A stretch of 62,747 bases of DNA, filler included, from Asterionella formosa (Eukaryota), in the NCBI GenBank assembly GCA_002256025.1. It is 21 parts of 21 records of this genome, joined end to end, with 100 filler letters (N's around TTAATTAATTAA, not from the genome) between each part and the next. Parts side by side here need not be neighbours in the genome. Positions count along the whole stretch, not along the records: positions 44,923 to 47,811 come from NKIB01014695.1; positions 47,912 to 50,800 come from NKIB01014696.1; positions 50,901 to 53,788 come from NKIB01014697.1; positions 53,889 to 56,777 come from NKIB01014698.1; positions 56,878 to 59,763 come from NKIB01014699.1; 16 more parts are not named here. One strand, 5' to 3'. Both the position numbers and the translations under genes were made by a program. Shown piece after piece: positions 47,002-59,763 of this stretch. Under the pieces are notes generated by a model. That model searched no databases, was not told where the DNA came from, and saw only the letters and a list, made by a program, of their open reading frames with translations. The stretch's first letter is position 1. Every line of letters starts with the position of its first letter.

Positions 47002-47911
47002 AGAAGGAGGCGGCCCTTGGGAAGGATCGTATGAAAAGGCGTAATTCGTCGTGTTTGCTTTGTTATTCTTTGTTGATTTTGTTGTTGTATCGCATGTATA
47101 AAATATATAATGAAACGCCTTTTTCTTTGTTGTGTGGTCATGTTTGTAATTATTGTTGAGTCTTGCCCATTACCGTTTCTCTATGAACTGATATGATGTC
47201 GTTGAATTCTACTACATGCATCGTCCGAATTCATTTAGTCATACTGAGTAGAAGTTATACCGGAACTTTTATCCAACATAATAACAATATTATGTTCTAT
47301 TTACGCACTACATTCGTTCGTTACATACTATGTAAGTACCAGTAATGCAGTGGTTATGAAAGGGCTTTTGTTGCGTATTCCATAAACCTCGGTCTATTTT
47401 TAATGAATAATTATTATATAGATTCTACATGAACTTTCGTACCGGGTATACTGTAAAAATAGATAGAATACTTGATGCTCATCCTTTTGTAGAAGAAGAG
47501 GCTAAAGAGGAAGAGCTGAAAGCCACTGCTTTGGAGGATTCGGCAGCGATGATGCTCCCTCGTCAAGATGCCAAGAAAAAGTCTGGTGGATCTAGCAAAG
47601 AAATACCGTTCTTTGCAGAGGAGCCGAAAGTGGTTTACCAAGACCAGAAAGACAACACTTAAATTGCAGAAGATACTTGCAGTTGTTGTGCCTCAAGATC
47701 ACAATCAGACAACGATTCTTCTGACTGTCCTTTTAAGCCACTCATCCAAGAGTCCGCAATTCTCAACAAGGACATACTTACATGGTCCTTTGCATCAGGA
47801 TAAGGAAGCTCNNNNNNNNNNNNNNNNNNNNNNNNNNNNNNNNNNNNNNNNNNNNTTAATTAATTAANNNNNNNNNNNNNNNNNNNNNNNNNNNNNNNNN
47901 NNNNNNNNNNN

Positions 47912-50472
47912 AATTATTATCAAATGCTATCCCTTGTCATCAACGAGCATATCCTGTCGCTCATATTAATTTAGAAGTTTTCAAAACCGAATAACAACGG
48001 TTGTGTGATATTGGAGTCCTACAAAAATGTGGTGCTTTTAAATGGGCATCTCCCACTTTTATTATTCCAAAAAAGGATGGAAGTGTCCGATGGGTATCAG
48101 ATTTTCGTGAACTTAATAAAGTCATCAATCGCAATATATATCCTTTGCCTCGAATACAAACTATTCTCACTAAACGTGCTGGATATGTATTTTTCACCAA
48201 ATTGGATGTTACCATGCAATACTATACTTTTGCATTGGAGGTGGAGAGTCAAAACTTGTGTGTTATTTCAACTCCATTTGGTTTATATAAATATTTACGT
48301 CTCCCATGGGGGTGAAACAATCATCTGATATAGCACAAGAAACTATGGAAAAGATCCTTAGTGATTTAGATGATGTGGAAATTTATATTGATGATGTGGG
48401 TTGTTTTTCAATGAATTTTTCGGATCACATTCATTTATTGGATACTATTTTACATCGTTTACAGGCAAATGGTCTTACAATTAATCCATCTAAGTGTGAA
48501 TGGGCAGTCCAAGAGAAAGATTGGTTAGGCTATTGGTTAACTCCTAATGGACTGAAACCTTGGTCTAAAAAGGTCCAAGCATTGATTAATATGTCTTCAC
48601 CTACCAATCTTAAACAAGTCAGATCATTTCTTGGTGCTGTTACGTACTATCGAGACATGTTTCCTAGACAATCTCATGGGCTTGGACCGCTTACAGATTT
48701 AATCGGAACTAGTCCATTTGTCTGGTTGCCTATACATGAACAAGCTTTTGAAGAAATGAAAGCATTGTTGATTGCAGATACACTCATGCGTTATCCTGAT
48801 CATAATCTTCCTTTTAATATAGTTACTGATGCCTCTGATTATCAATTAGGATCGGTCATTATGCAAAATGATCTACCAGTTGCTTATTATTCTCGCAAAT
48901 TATCTGCTGCTCAAAAGAATTATACTACTATTGAGAAAGAATTACTTTCTGTGGTAGAAACTTTCAAAGAATTTCGCTCTATGTTATTGGGTGCAGTTCT
49001 ACATGTTCATATTGATCATCGAAATCTTATTTACAATACTTTACATACTCAACGTGTTCTAAGATGGAGACTTTATATTGAAGAATATCATCCTACTTTT
49101 CATCATGTGAAAGGGACTGACAATGCTATTGCAGATTCCATCTCTCGCCTCCCGAGGCTTGAGTCTTTGGTGGGGGATGATATTGGACCGAAATCTCCAG
49201 CATCAACATCCATTTCTACCTTTTCAATTGAATTAGATGATGAACTTTTGCCTACCTGCCAGTTTCCTTAATCATCCAATCTTGACAGACAATATTCAAT
49301 TTCCTCTGGACTATAATTTAATACATGATAGACAATTGCTGGATATACAATTGATTCTCAATCAACAAGCACATCCTTTAAAATTTCCTTCTATCAATTT
49401 TTATGACATATTTTTAATATGTTTTGTGAAGAATCCAGGAGATAGTTGGCGTATTGCTATTCCTACATCATTATTGGATCCTAATAATAATTGGTATCAT
49501 CAGATGCTAGCTCATGTGGGTATGACAAGATTAAATGCTACAATTGCTACACATTTTTATCACCCTACATTAAAAGCAAGAGTGGAACATATTGTAAGAG
49601 TATGTGAAGCATGTCAATGTACAAAATTACCTGGTACTGGCTTAGGTGAACTTCCACCCACCAGGAATGCATTATTATTGCCATGGTCAGAAGTTGCAGT
49701 CGATTTTATTGGTCCATGGAAGATAACAGTGGCAAATCAATTAATTGAATTTCGTGCTCTAACTTGTATTGATACGGTTACCAATTTGGCAGAAATTTCA
49801 TGTATCAATAACAAAACATCAGAATATATTGCAATGAAATTTGAAAATGATTGGTTAGCCAGACATCCATGTCCAGAACGTTGTATACATGAAAATGGAG
49901 GTGAATTTACTGGTGCTCCTTTCTTACACATGTTGGTGTTGAATGGAATTAAAGATGTGACTACTACTACAGTCAAGAATCCACAAGCAAATGGTGTCTG
50001 TGAACGTTTACATCAATCTATCCGTAATAGTCTACGAGCTATGTTAAAGGCTCATCCTCCAATGAATGAATTTGAAGCCCAAAATATTGTGGATACTTGT
50101 TTTGCAACTGCATCATATGCAGCTCGAACTACTATTCATAGTATATTATGTATTATTCCAGGTGCATGGGTTTTTCAACGTGATATGATTTTAAATATTC
50201 CTTTGCTTACAGATTTACAATTGATACATCAACGTTGACAAGTTATAATCGACAAACGCTTACGTCGCATTAATTTTTGTCGTCAATCTTATGATTACAA
50301 AGTGGGTGATGAGATTTTAATACTTTTGGATAATCCTACTACTTTGGATGATTGTGGACGAGGTCCTTATACTATTTTTCAAGTACATGCCAATGGTACA
50401 GTTACTTTTCAACGCACTATGCATATTACAGAACGAATTAATATTCGTCGTATCAAACCTTTTCATAGGTAA
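47912..50472 (+). pseudogene. Ty3/gypsy pol (RT, RNase H, integrase), frameshifted
   Basis: WASPTFIIPKKDG, DFRELNK, YIDDV, TDASDYQLG, YTTIEKELLS, HHCC zinc finger (H..H..CEACQ), VDFIGPW, NPQANGVCERLH. Frameshifts near 48310 and 49250; TGA at 50236. Confidence 0.93.
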
Positions 50473-50497
50473 ATGGTTTTCCCTCAAGTGTGGGAGA

Positions 50498-50689
50498 GTG
50501 AGCGATCCTGCACATTGATACAGAAATATATAGGGTTAGGGTTATATCAAATATATCAGAACTCGACTACCGGTATCGGTAACACCTGTTGTATATTTTG
50601 ATGTCAATTTGGGAAAACAAGTTGTACATAGATTAATTAGCATATATTCAACGAATACTAATACTTCTACCGGTAGTTAGATACTTCAC
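50498..50689 (+). mobile_element. Gypsy 3' LTR, diverged copy carrying CCGGTA insertions
   Basis: Homologous to 442-638, with insertions at 50570-50581 and 50670-50675. Confidence 0.8.
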
Positions 50690-50901
50690 CTGCTACCTGG
50701 TACCAGGGTACTGCTGTCATCACTTCATTGTCATACATGACACCGGTACCTGGTACCTGGTACGGGCTGATGCGTGATGACGAATTTTTACGATACCTGG
50801 NNNNNNNNNNNNNNNNNNNNNNNNNNNNNNNNNNNNNNNNNNNNTTAATTAATTAANNNNNNNNNNNNNNNNNNNNNNNNNNNNNNNNNNNNNNNNNNNN
50901 G

Positions 50902-53284
50902 GCTGCTTCTATAGTTACAGCAGGATCAACACAGGCCCAATCCCGAGTGTTGCAGAAGAGTGTTCCAAAGAAAGCTGCAAAGACGAGGATGAAGGCTCCT
51001 CCAAGAGCTGTTGCTGCAAAAGCTGTTGCACTCAAGCCTTCTGCCAAGGCTACTCCCAAGCATGATGCTACCAAAGCCATCACATCCAAGGCAGGTGCTT
51101 ACAACGCTGCGAAGTCAACAGCCAGGAGCCGAGATGTTGCATCAATGCCTGTAACTAATCCTCACGAAGAATCTGAATCGGACTGCAAACCAGCCGCGAT
51201 TCCCAGCAAAAAAGTATCGAAACCAGACTCTAAACCAGCTGCCATAAACAGGAAAAAAGTATCCAAACCGGATTCCAAATCAGCTGCCACCTCCAGCAAA
51301 TTGGTCTCCAAACCGGAGTCCCAACAAGTTGCTGTGCCAATAATCAAGAAACGATCGAAGGCTACCTGGTCCCCTTCTAGTTCTATTTCCAAGAAATCAC
51401 GAATTTCTTCCAAGGACAATGATGTGATTAGTCTAACAGATGATGATAGTAGTGAGTCAAAGGCAACTGCCTCAAAGAATGACCTCCTCCATTGTGTCAA
51501 TCCTGAACTACCTTCTGTTGCCAATTTCAACAAAAGTAACCAGAAGGTGATCAAGCTGGAACTCATCCTGTCCCACCATGGGATAAGGTCGAAACAATTT
51601 GACCTAGCAGGAACTCTTGCTTCACGCCGAGCAATCACCACTCAAAGGTTCAGCTCTCAAGGCAGTTTCAAGGGTGTCACTAACACAGCAAATATTTCAA
51701 GCTTGCTCTATCAGGCTGATGCAGCCTACCACCAATTTCGTCAGGAGTGCTTGCAGTATGCGGAACGAGTGTTGTACCCATCGTCAAATGAAGATTTGAC
51801 GAAAAATAATAGCAAGTCGCCTCTCACTGGGAACAAGGGTGTGGAAGAGAGTGCAAAGTGGACGCACAGTTTTCAATACCCTACTTTTGGCATTTCCAAC
51901 AGGTTTGACTCCAAGAGAATTGTTGATATTCAGGTCCTACTACCTGAACCACCTTTGACCAACATTAACAATGAGGGGCGTAAAAACATCGAGCAAGAAA
52001 CCTTGATTTCTTCCAAGGAAAAGAACTTTGTAAAGGCCAAAGAAGCTGTGGTCCCAACTCCACCAGCTTTGCTTAACAATTTTTCTAGTCCAGTCAAAAA
52101 TCCTGTCCACTTGAGATTTGACCGGAGCACCAAGAATTATGATTCAAATACTAATGATTGAGTTCTTGAATCAGCAGCTCAATCAGAGAAAAATGCGCGT
52201 AAGGAAAACAGTGGCAATGCCACTGTGGTTTTTGTTCATCGACCAGCACCTCCAGTATTAGACCCTGCCCTTAAACCTGTGGCCTTAACAAAGCACACCA
52301 CCAAGGCTAATCGACAAGGCAAAGACGAAGAAGATATTTCCATCGCCTCAGAGGATGCCTCAGATGCTGGTCCTTCTTTGGGAATTCTCAAGTATGTTGA
52401 AAAATCGAATATGAAGTTGCTTGGGATCAACTGCAAGGATCATAAGCAGGTCGAGAAGGGTCCACATCTTACCCTCCAGCGAGATAGGAACCCAGATGAA
52501 ACTTTAGGTGAAACCTGGTCTATCATCAAGCTCCCACATTCTATCTCCCTCCAGCAGGAATGTCCAACCTGGTCTGAAATCTGTGCCTCCAACCAAGCAT
52601 ATCACCAGTGTGATTCAGCATGCCACCAGAGTGATTCCGCAAGGCAAAGACGACGAAGATAGTTCCATTCTCTCAGAGGATGTTCCTTCTTTGGAATTTC
52701 TCAAGTCTGTTCAGAAATCAAGTGTGAAGGAGGTACCTGCGGTCGACAAGAAGGATGATGAGGTCACGAAGGATAGACTTCTTATTCTCCAGAAGGATCA
52801 TGTCAAACCGGTACCTAAACCTGTGCCTCCAACAAAGCACACCAACAAGCTGAATTCACAAAGCCAAGACGAAGATAGTTCCAATGTCTCCAAGGATGAT
52901 CCTTCTTTGGAATTTCTCAAATCTGTTGAAAAATCTGTCAAAAAAATCCAACCTACTGTCCCACCTTTCTTTGCAAAGAATGAAGTTAATGTTGCTCAAA
53001 AAGAAAAAGGTAATACGATGCCCAAAAAAGGCCTTCAAAAATATTCTATTCTCTCTGAGAATGTTTCCATCCCAGGAAAAGTTCTCATCCATGTCCCTGG
53101 GCCTGCCGATGGCGAGAATCTTTTACGTTCTCCATCTACAACCCCATCCTCCTCTGAAACCTCGTCTTCTGCTGTGTCCTCAACTAGTTGTGAAACCTCT
53201 ACTGGTGGTGAAAAATCGGATTCCAAGTTAGATGAGGAGGACAAGTCCAAAGTGATTGATTCTGACTGTGAATCTGCATTGTGA
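50902..53284 (+). pseudogene. Partner ORF, copy 3 (longer N-terminal part visible; disrupted)
   Basis: Continuous with the copy 1/2 protein from SPLTGNKGV. TGA at 52159 (TCA in copy 2) and a 2-nt deletion near 52560. Confidence 0.75.
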
Positions 53285-53494
53285 GTAAATGAGTGAATGT
53301 TTAGCATCTCCTTCTACCTTACTAATGAATCAAGGAGATTAATGATTTCTATAAAAATTGATAATTATATGTTACCTTACTTCCCTTGTTTGTTGGTTTT
53401 GTAGTAATATTAATCGTTTCCACATCTTCAACTACAAATTTTTTCTTAACATTTCTTTCATAGATTGCTTTATGCAATCGCATCATCCAGCAAA

Positions 53495-53788
53495 TCAAAA
53501 GTTGAATAGGGATGCCCAGGCAGACTGCGGCTTGATTTGAATCACCTTACCTGGAGAGGCTCCTAAATTAGGAACAACAACAGCAGGAGAATGAATGCAA
53601 TCCACGGGAACAAACAAAAGTCCTTTGTTTCCATGTCGATCCAATGTGAGATCAGCCCCTAACAGCAACCTTGAGTAGTTGTGCAAAGGTTCTGAGGCAT
53701 ATTTACAAGATTGAATAATTGCAAAGACACCGGGGCTTTGATTTCTCAAGGATGATGGTAATCTTGGATCAGTGAAATTGATCGAAGA
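53495..53788 (-). CDS. Plavaka/CMC-like transposase C-terminal tip, copy 3
   Basis: Matches the copy 2 C-terminus (IIQSCKY..WASLFNF). Confidence 0.7.
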   Translation of the reverse strand, partial: SSINFTDPRLPSSLRNQSPGVFAIIQSCKYASEPLHNYSRLLLGADLTLDRHGNKGLLFVPVDCIHSPAVVVPNLGASPGKVIQIKPQSAWASLFNF

Positions 53789-53888
53789 NNNNNNNNNNNN
53801 NNNNNNNNNNNNNNNNNNNNNNNNNNNNNNNNTTAATTAATTAANNNNNNNNNNNNNNNNNNNNNNNNNNNNNNNNNNNNNNNNNNNN

Positions 53889-56456
53889 GCGAGCGCCTCC
53901 ACGCGGGCAATGGCGGTGTCCGTCATGGGCAACTCCGTCCAATTATGTCGGGAAATCTTATTGCCGGTTGCAAGAGACATGAAGTAGTAGTCACCTTGGG
54001 CATTGCCAGTGGGGGTAAGGGCAATTGCTCCGAGGGAACGCGCTTGAAGGGTGTTGGATGGGTCGTTGTCTTCAAAAACTTGGACGTAGGTCCCAAACTC
54101 AATGCGCATTTGGTTGTATTCTGGGTTGGCAGCGCCCGTGACAATGCATGCAGGGCTCATGGTGTCTGAGATGCCGTTTGCCCATGGGAACTGGTTTAGA
54201 CATCGAACGGCATCGATCACCATATGGTTGATGATCACCCGTGGAAGACGCTTGAAAGGTAGGCCGTGTGCACACGAGCGTAGTCGCTCCTTGATGGTTC
54301 GGATGGACCGTTCCACCTCACCAACGTGACTGTCGGCAGGTACAATGTTTAATGCGATACGTTGCAAGTCCTCACGAACACACTCGAGTTCACTGTCAGC
54401 ATGCACATCACAAACTTGTAAACCGCGTAGGTGGTAGAGGCGGACCGCACTCCGAATTTTGCGTAGAATGGTAGTCTTGGTCCGGTCGGGAACCAGGTCC
54501 ACGGTTCGGAAACCGATACCGCGTGAGATGGTATGAAAAAATGGTAGACCCTGAACAAAGAAGAAATCGGCGCACAAAGTTACGTTGTGGTGATGCTCCA
54601 GGATTGGGGCAGGAATCGGTTCGACCACAAACGTTGGCGCTCTTGGGGCGGCGCGCGACCGCGTAGTTTTACCTTTTATGACAGCGATGTCTGGACCGTA
54701 AATAATGAGGGCGCGCTTGGCGTCGTCTGGCGTCACTGGGAAATTTCTAATCAAGTTGTTCCGTAGGATGGATTGGAATTCCGCCTCGGCAGGCCGCCCG
54801 ATCTTTCTATACAAATCTCTGGCTGCATTGGCTGATCGAATTTCACGTCGTGAGAATAGTTTCTTCTGTTCTGCTACTGTGGATAGCATAATATAACCTG
54901 TAACACTGTCGTTAGTATCGTTGTTACAACTAAACACTTATAGTCCTGAGGGGTGCTCAAGAAATTTCATCACAGTTCCATCGAGTCTATGGACAAGCAT
55001 CGCGGGCTCGTCCGCAGAGTCCATGGTGATGCGGCATACCTTGCGCACCTCAGCAAGGGAGAGGATGTTGGCAATTGATTCACGGTTGTACCAAACCTTA
55101 CCCAAGTTGGGAAAATCTCCTACCATGTTGGAGTCCTGGTAGCCCCCATTTGTGAGCGCCCTGAGTACGTAAGAGCTACGCCGGATGTTGCTGAGCATGT
55201 CGGCGTTCTTGAACACGGAGATTGTCGACTGCGAGTCGAGAAGGATCCACTTAGGATCAATCCCAGGGTCGCCGGTCTGTGCAAGCATGTATGCATACTG
55301 CGTCAATGTAGTGCCTGAGGTCGTCGATCCCTGCCTGTCAGGGCAGTCTCCCGCGTAGTGTCCTAGGCTTTGGCAGTTGTAACAGATGATGCCATCATGT
55401 AACACTCCATTATTGCCTGCGATTTCGCCATGTTGCGCAAACGTCATTTCGCTGGCCTCAGGGCTTCCAGTCGGCTGGGAGCGTGGTGTATCTCTCCTGA
55501 CGTTGGTGTTCGTTGGAGTTCTGTAGTTGACGAGAAGGCTTTGGGCTGACAACAAATCGGTGGGGTACTGGTCAATTCCCATAGCATACTGGTTTGACAG
55601 GTCAGCAATGAGGGTGCCATACCTGGTGGGGTCAGTTCTTCGAATCAAAGCGATTGCAAGGGTGTGTTCACACGCAATCTCCTTTCGCTCTTCAATGCTA
55701 TGCCCATTCCCGTCCTGATCCTGGAAGGGTACCAGTTTATAATTTGCTGCCACGGTGCCGCCATGGTCATCAATGGTCTCAGCCCATCCTCGCAAACACT
55801 CAACGTAGTCTTCTGCAGACTGTCCTGCTTGTAACTGACGATAAGTGAGGAAACTGGTCTGAGCGTCCAAAAGTGCAATGAAACCGTTCCTGCTCTGATC
55901 GAACTGTAAAGTAATCGACTTGATCTGTTTTAGAAGCCAAAAACAATCGTTGTTGGCAGTCTTGTCCTTGTAGTCATCGTGCGTTTTGACCTTTGCCTTC
56001 ATGTCATCACTACACTGGCCCCAAATCACCGCAAAACACTGTTACTAGGTTGCTCTTCAGGGTGTAATTGCGCTTGACATACGTTTTTACTTCTTCTGCG
56101 ATAATCATTTTCATGGTCAGTCCTGCATCATCATCTAGGTCATCTGGCATGTCTACCATGGGAACCGCCATGGTGTCGGCAAACAAAGGGGCAAGGTCTT
56201 CAGAGTACTTCAGTGTTTTCCTCACATATCCATCTAGAACTTCTAACGTTTTGGCGTACTGGCGTCTGTCACTTTGTTCTTAATAGCATTCAAATACGTT
56301 TCCGTTCATGCCCTCCGCGCTGCCCTTGAAAATGCCACAGTTGTTGCTTGTCGCTTGTGTCCTTGCCCGCCCACCACGGCTCCCGTGCAGACGGTTGTCC
56401 CTTCGCCCTCGCCCACTGGTGCTGCCGCTGATCGTTGCGTCTGAGGTGGTGCTCAT
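53889..56456 (-). pseudogene. Second CoDi/copia family: gag (CCHC), protease and integrase, decayed
   Basis: IWGQCS, CYNCQSLGHYAGDC, protease WILLDSQST, integrase CADFFFV, HADSE and HVGEVERSIR. Stops at 56280 and 54938 (GL*VF); frameshift near 56030. Probable gag ATG at 56456. Confidence 0.9.
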
Positions 56457-56982
56457 GGGGTTTGTTGGTCAAATCTCTTCAAATTGTCGCTGTTGGTTCC
56501 TTGATTGGTGGCTGCGGCCTTAAGCTGCGCTACTCGAATCTATAGAATGTAAATTCCGCGATTGAGATGTCGAAACTCCAGCCTTCCATGTGAGTCTCAA
56601 AACGGCTGGTTCCTTTTATTTTAATGTTTTTATTTTATTTTATTTTTATCTCGAAACAATGTTGTTTCAACTACCGTAATCGACCGTATCGCAGGCCTTG
56701 AACCTTGTACTGTGTCAATCGAATACAGTTGATGAAATTAATAGTAACGAAGAAGTCGTCAACTTAAACTTTCACTTNNNNNNNNNNNNNNNNNNNNNNN
56801 NNNNNNNNNNNNNNNNNNNNNTTAATTAATTAANNNNNNNNNNNNNNNNNNNNNNNNNNNNNNNNNNNNNNNNNNNNTGACACCAGTTACCTCCTGGGCA
56901 TGCAATGACGTGTGGCACCGAATCCAGGTCAATGTTTAGTGATATATTTGTTTGGTTTCACCTCCCATGTATTCGAGGGGAC

Positions 56983-57278
56983 TGAACGAATATTGCAGTG
57001 CAGTGTGGGCGCATGGGTGCTCGTACCATGTCATATGGTACAGTGTACTCGAATAAATACGCTAGTGTGGTCAGCAGAACAACTTACATGGTGCACAAGG
57101 AAAGAAAGATAAAGGTTGAAAAGATAGACTTAAAGATACATATACCTACTCCGCATTCTCTGCTCCAAGCTTGCACGCTGTACTATCGCGAAAGCACTCT
57201 AACGGCTAGTTAGTACCCTGAACTGTATGACACGGTACGCTCACCCACGCGCCCATACTGCACTGCAATATTCGTTCA
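56983..57278 (-). mobile_element. Putative CoDi 3' LTR (296 bp) with about 67-bp imperfect terminal inverted repeats
   Basis: On the minus strand it follows GAGGGGAC (purine tract), begins TGAACGAATATTGCAGTGCAGT and ends ACTGCACTGCAATATTCGTTCA. Confidence 0.6.
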
Positions 57279-57445
57279 GTCCCCTCGAATACATGGGAGG
57301 TGAAACCAAACAAATATATCACTAAACATTGACCTGGATTCGGTGCCACACGTCATTGCATGCCCAGGAGGTAACTGGTGTCATAGGTTGTGACATCGCG
57401 ATGAACCTTGGCTTCAATCTTCGACCCACTGTGATCCAACAGCCA

Positions 57446-59763
57446 TCAATACATGAACTTGTCGCACAAATACTCTCGTGTAATTTGGGGTAATGGCTTC
57501 GTCAGCACATCAGCCAAATTAGTCTTTCTATCTTCCTTCGTTACCCGAATCATCCCTGCCGCCACAGCTTCTCTCGCTCTGTGATACACTATCGCATTAT
57601 GTTTCTTTTTCAAAGTCGATTCTGGATGAATCGTGTTCTTCGTCACCGCCTCGTTGTCGCAGAAAACGTTAGTTGGTCCATCGATTGGGATTCCAAACAT
57701 TCTCAGCTTATACCTCAATGCCTCGATCAGTTCGACCGAGATCTTCAAAGCCACAAATTCGCTACCAAATGTCGATGTCTCGACAGTGTTCTGTCGCTTA
57801 CTGTACCATATAATTGGAGCCCGATTCACAAAAATCAGTATCCCGGTCTGCGAGCGCCTCGTCACCCGATTCCCCGCATGATCCGCATTCACAAAACAGT
57901 GAGTAGTTACAACATTACCTCTGGGCTTGGGTGCGTCCCCTGGAATAGACTCCTGCGCTCCCCTGTAAAAGTCGTGCCAATCGCATTTAACAAACCTGGA
58001 CTCGTTTATATTGGGTTGTATCGGATCAAAGATCAATGTCCTCTTGGGTTTCGCTTTCAAATATCCGAACATGTGATATACCTGTTGTAAGTGTCCGCTC
58101 CTCGGCAACGCTAGGTGAGTAGATAACATAGAAACTTCCATAGCAATGTCTATTCGTCCAAGCTCCACTGCCCAGCGGAGCACGCCGATCAATTCCTGGT
58201 AGTATCTCACGCCTTCAATCTTGAGTTTGGCAGAAGTATCCAGCTCCGGTCTATAATTCCCCTGCAATGGGGTAGTGCACCTCGTTGGAAGCCGCTAACC
58301 CGACTCGTCGAGTTTGAGCTCTACGTTGGCGATGGCCGCCTTGACATACTGCTCAGAAGTCATGGCCCAACATTCAACTCCGCCGACTATTTTCTGCATT
58401 ACCTGGGCTCCCAGGTAATTTTCCGGCTTCTCGACTTTATCGTCCTTCCATTTGAAGGTCGACTGTATCCTCGCTAAAGGCTGCGCTGAAATGCAAAGAA
58501 TGTCATCAACATATACAAGAATCATTTCGTGATACTCAAAACCATCCTGTTTTACCGCCGGTCGAATCCATACATCAGGGTCCCCTTTCGTGGGCAAGTA
58601 ACCCAAATCATGGAGGGTTTATGCGAGATGCGCTCTGAATGCCGCACCGCTAGATTTGAGCCCATACAGCGCTTTCTTCACCACCATGGTAGCTCCCGCT
58701 TCCGACCCAAATTCCGGCCCTGCAATTATGTAAATTTTCTCTCTGCAATCTGCGGTTAGATAAGCGTTTTGAATATCGCAAGCAAGAAGTTGTAAGTCGT
58801 TCAATGAAGCAACCAATAAGGCAATGCGCACTGAGTCCCTCGACACAACTGACGAATACGTCAGGGCTGCGGGCGTTTCCGTCCGGCTGCCGTCAGCAAC
58901 TAGTCTCGCCTTACGCCGAAAGTTTTCGCCCATTTTGATGTCGAACACGAAATGACACCTTATCTTTTGGTACCCTGGCGGAAGGTCTCCCTCTCGCTTT
59001 TCCCACTTTTCAAATGCCGGTCGCACGTTTTTCATTTCCTTGCAGATGGCGTCCCACCATAATGTGTTGCCATTGGCTTTATCAATCGCTAACGCCTCTT
59101 CGACGGACTTCGGTATCCGTATACCGTATTTGTGAGTTCGCTGCCAATACTTAGACTTTACCTTCGCTAGGACTCGGTCCTGTTTCTTTAGAAGAGTCGG
59201 CACCCACCATGCAAACGCCGCCTCGTCATCAATACGATTAGCAATTGAGTACTCCGCCACCTGTATGGGGTACGATTGCTTCATATCCTTAAGTGCAACC
59301 CAAGTGGTACTCTCATCCCTCCATTAGCACAGGAGTTGCCACCCTTGAGTCGTCTGTCTCCGCCGCTTGACACCGGTAGACATTGTGATGAACGCGTCCT
59401 CTTTGTCAAGTGCCGTCGCATTCCGCCTATGATCGATAATGTCGTCGAGAAGTACGTGTCGTTCGCCCTCCTCGTCTATCTGTGAAAACAAATTCTGAGC
59501 AATAAGGTCAGAGGACAATGCCTCTGAGTGTCCATCAAAGAACTCGACCTCATACTCTCTGGTGTCAAGCAAAGGATTTTCGTGAGCCTTGCCGATAGGT
59601 CTACCATCGGCGTCGCGCAATCTCTTGGTGACTCTGCCAAATTGAACACCGTCGTTGTCATCTCCAGCGCCCCTCGCTATCGCTATCGCTATCTCTTTGT
59701 TGAGGTATGTATCCTCGAAAATATCGGGCGTGAAAGTGTCATCGGCATCTGGTATTTGGTGAT
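57446..59763 (-). pseudogene. Third CoDi copia family: integrase tail, RT and RNase H with three nonsense codons
   Basis: RKARLVA, CDIQNAYL, KALYGLKSSG, YVDD, TRRSQTG, SKRQNTVETSTFGSEF, FCDN, NLADVLTK. In-frame stops at 59324, 58619 and 58295. Confidence 0.93.

Noticed and set aside
54938..54940. Programmed stop read-through between protease and integrase
   Set aside because: The TAA replaces an expected Tyr (GLY motif), and the same copy has another stop and a frameshift, so simple decay is more likely.
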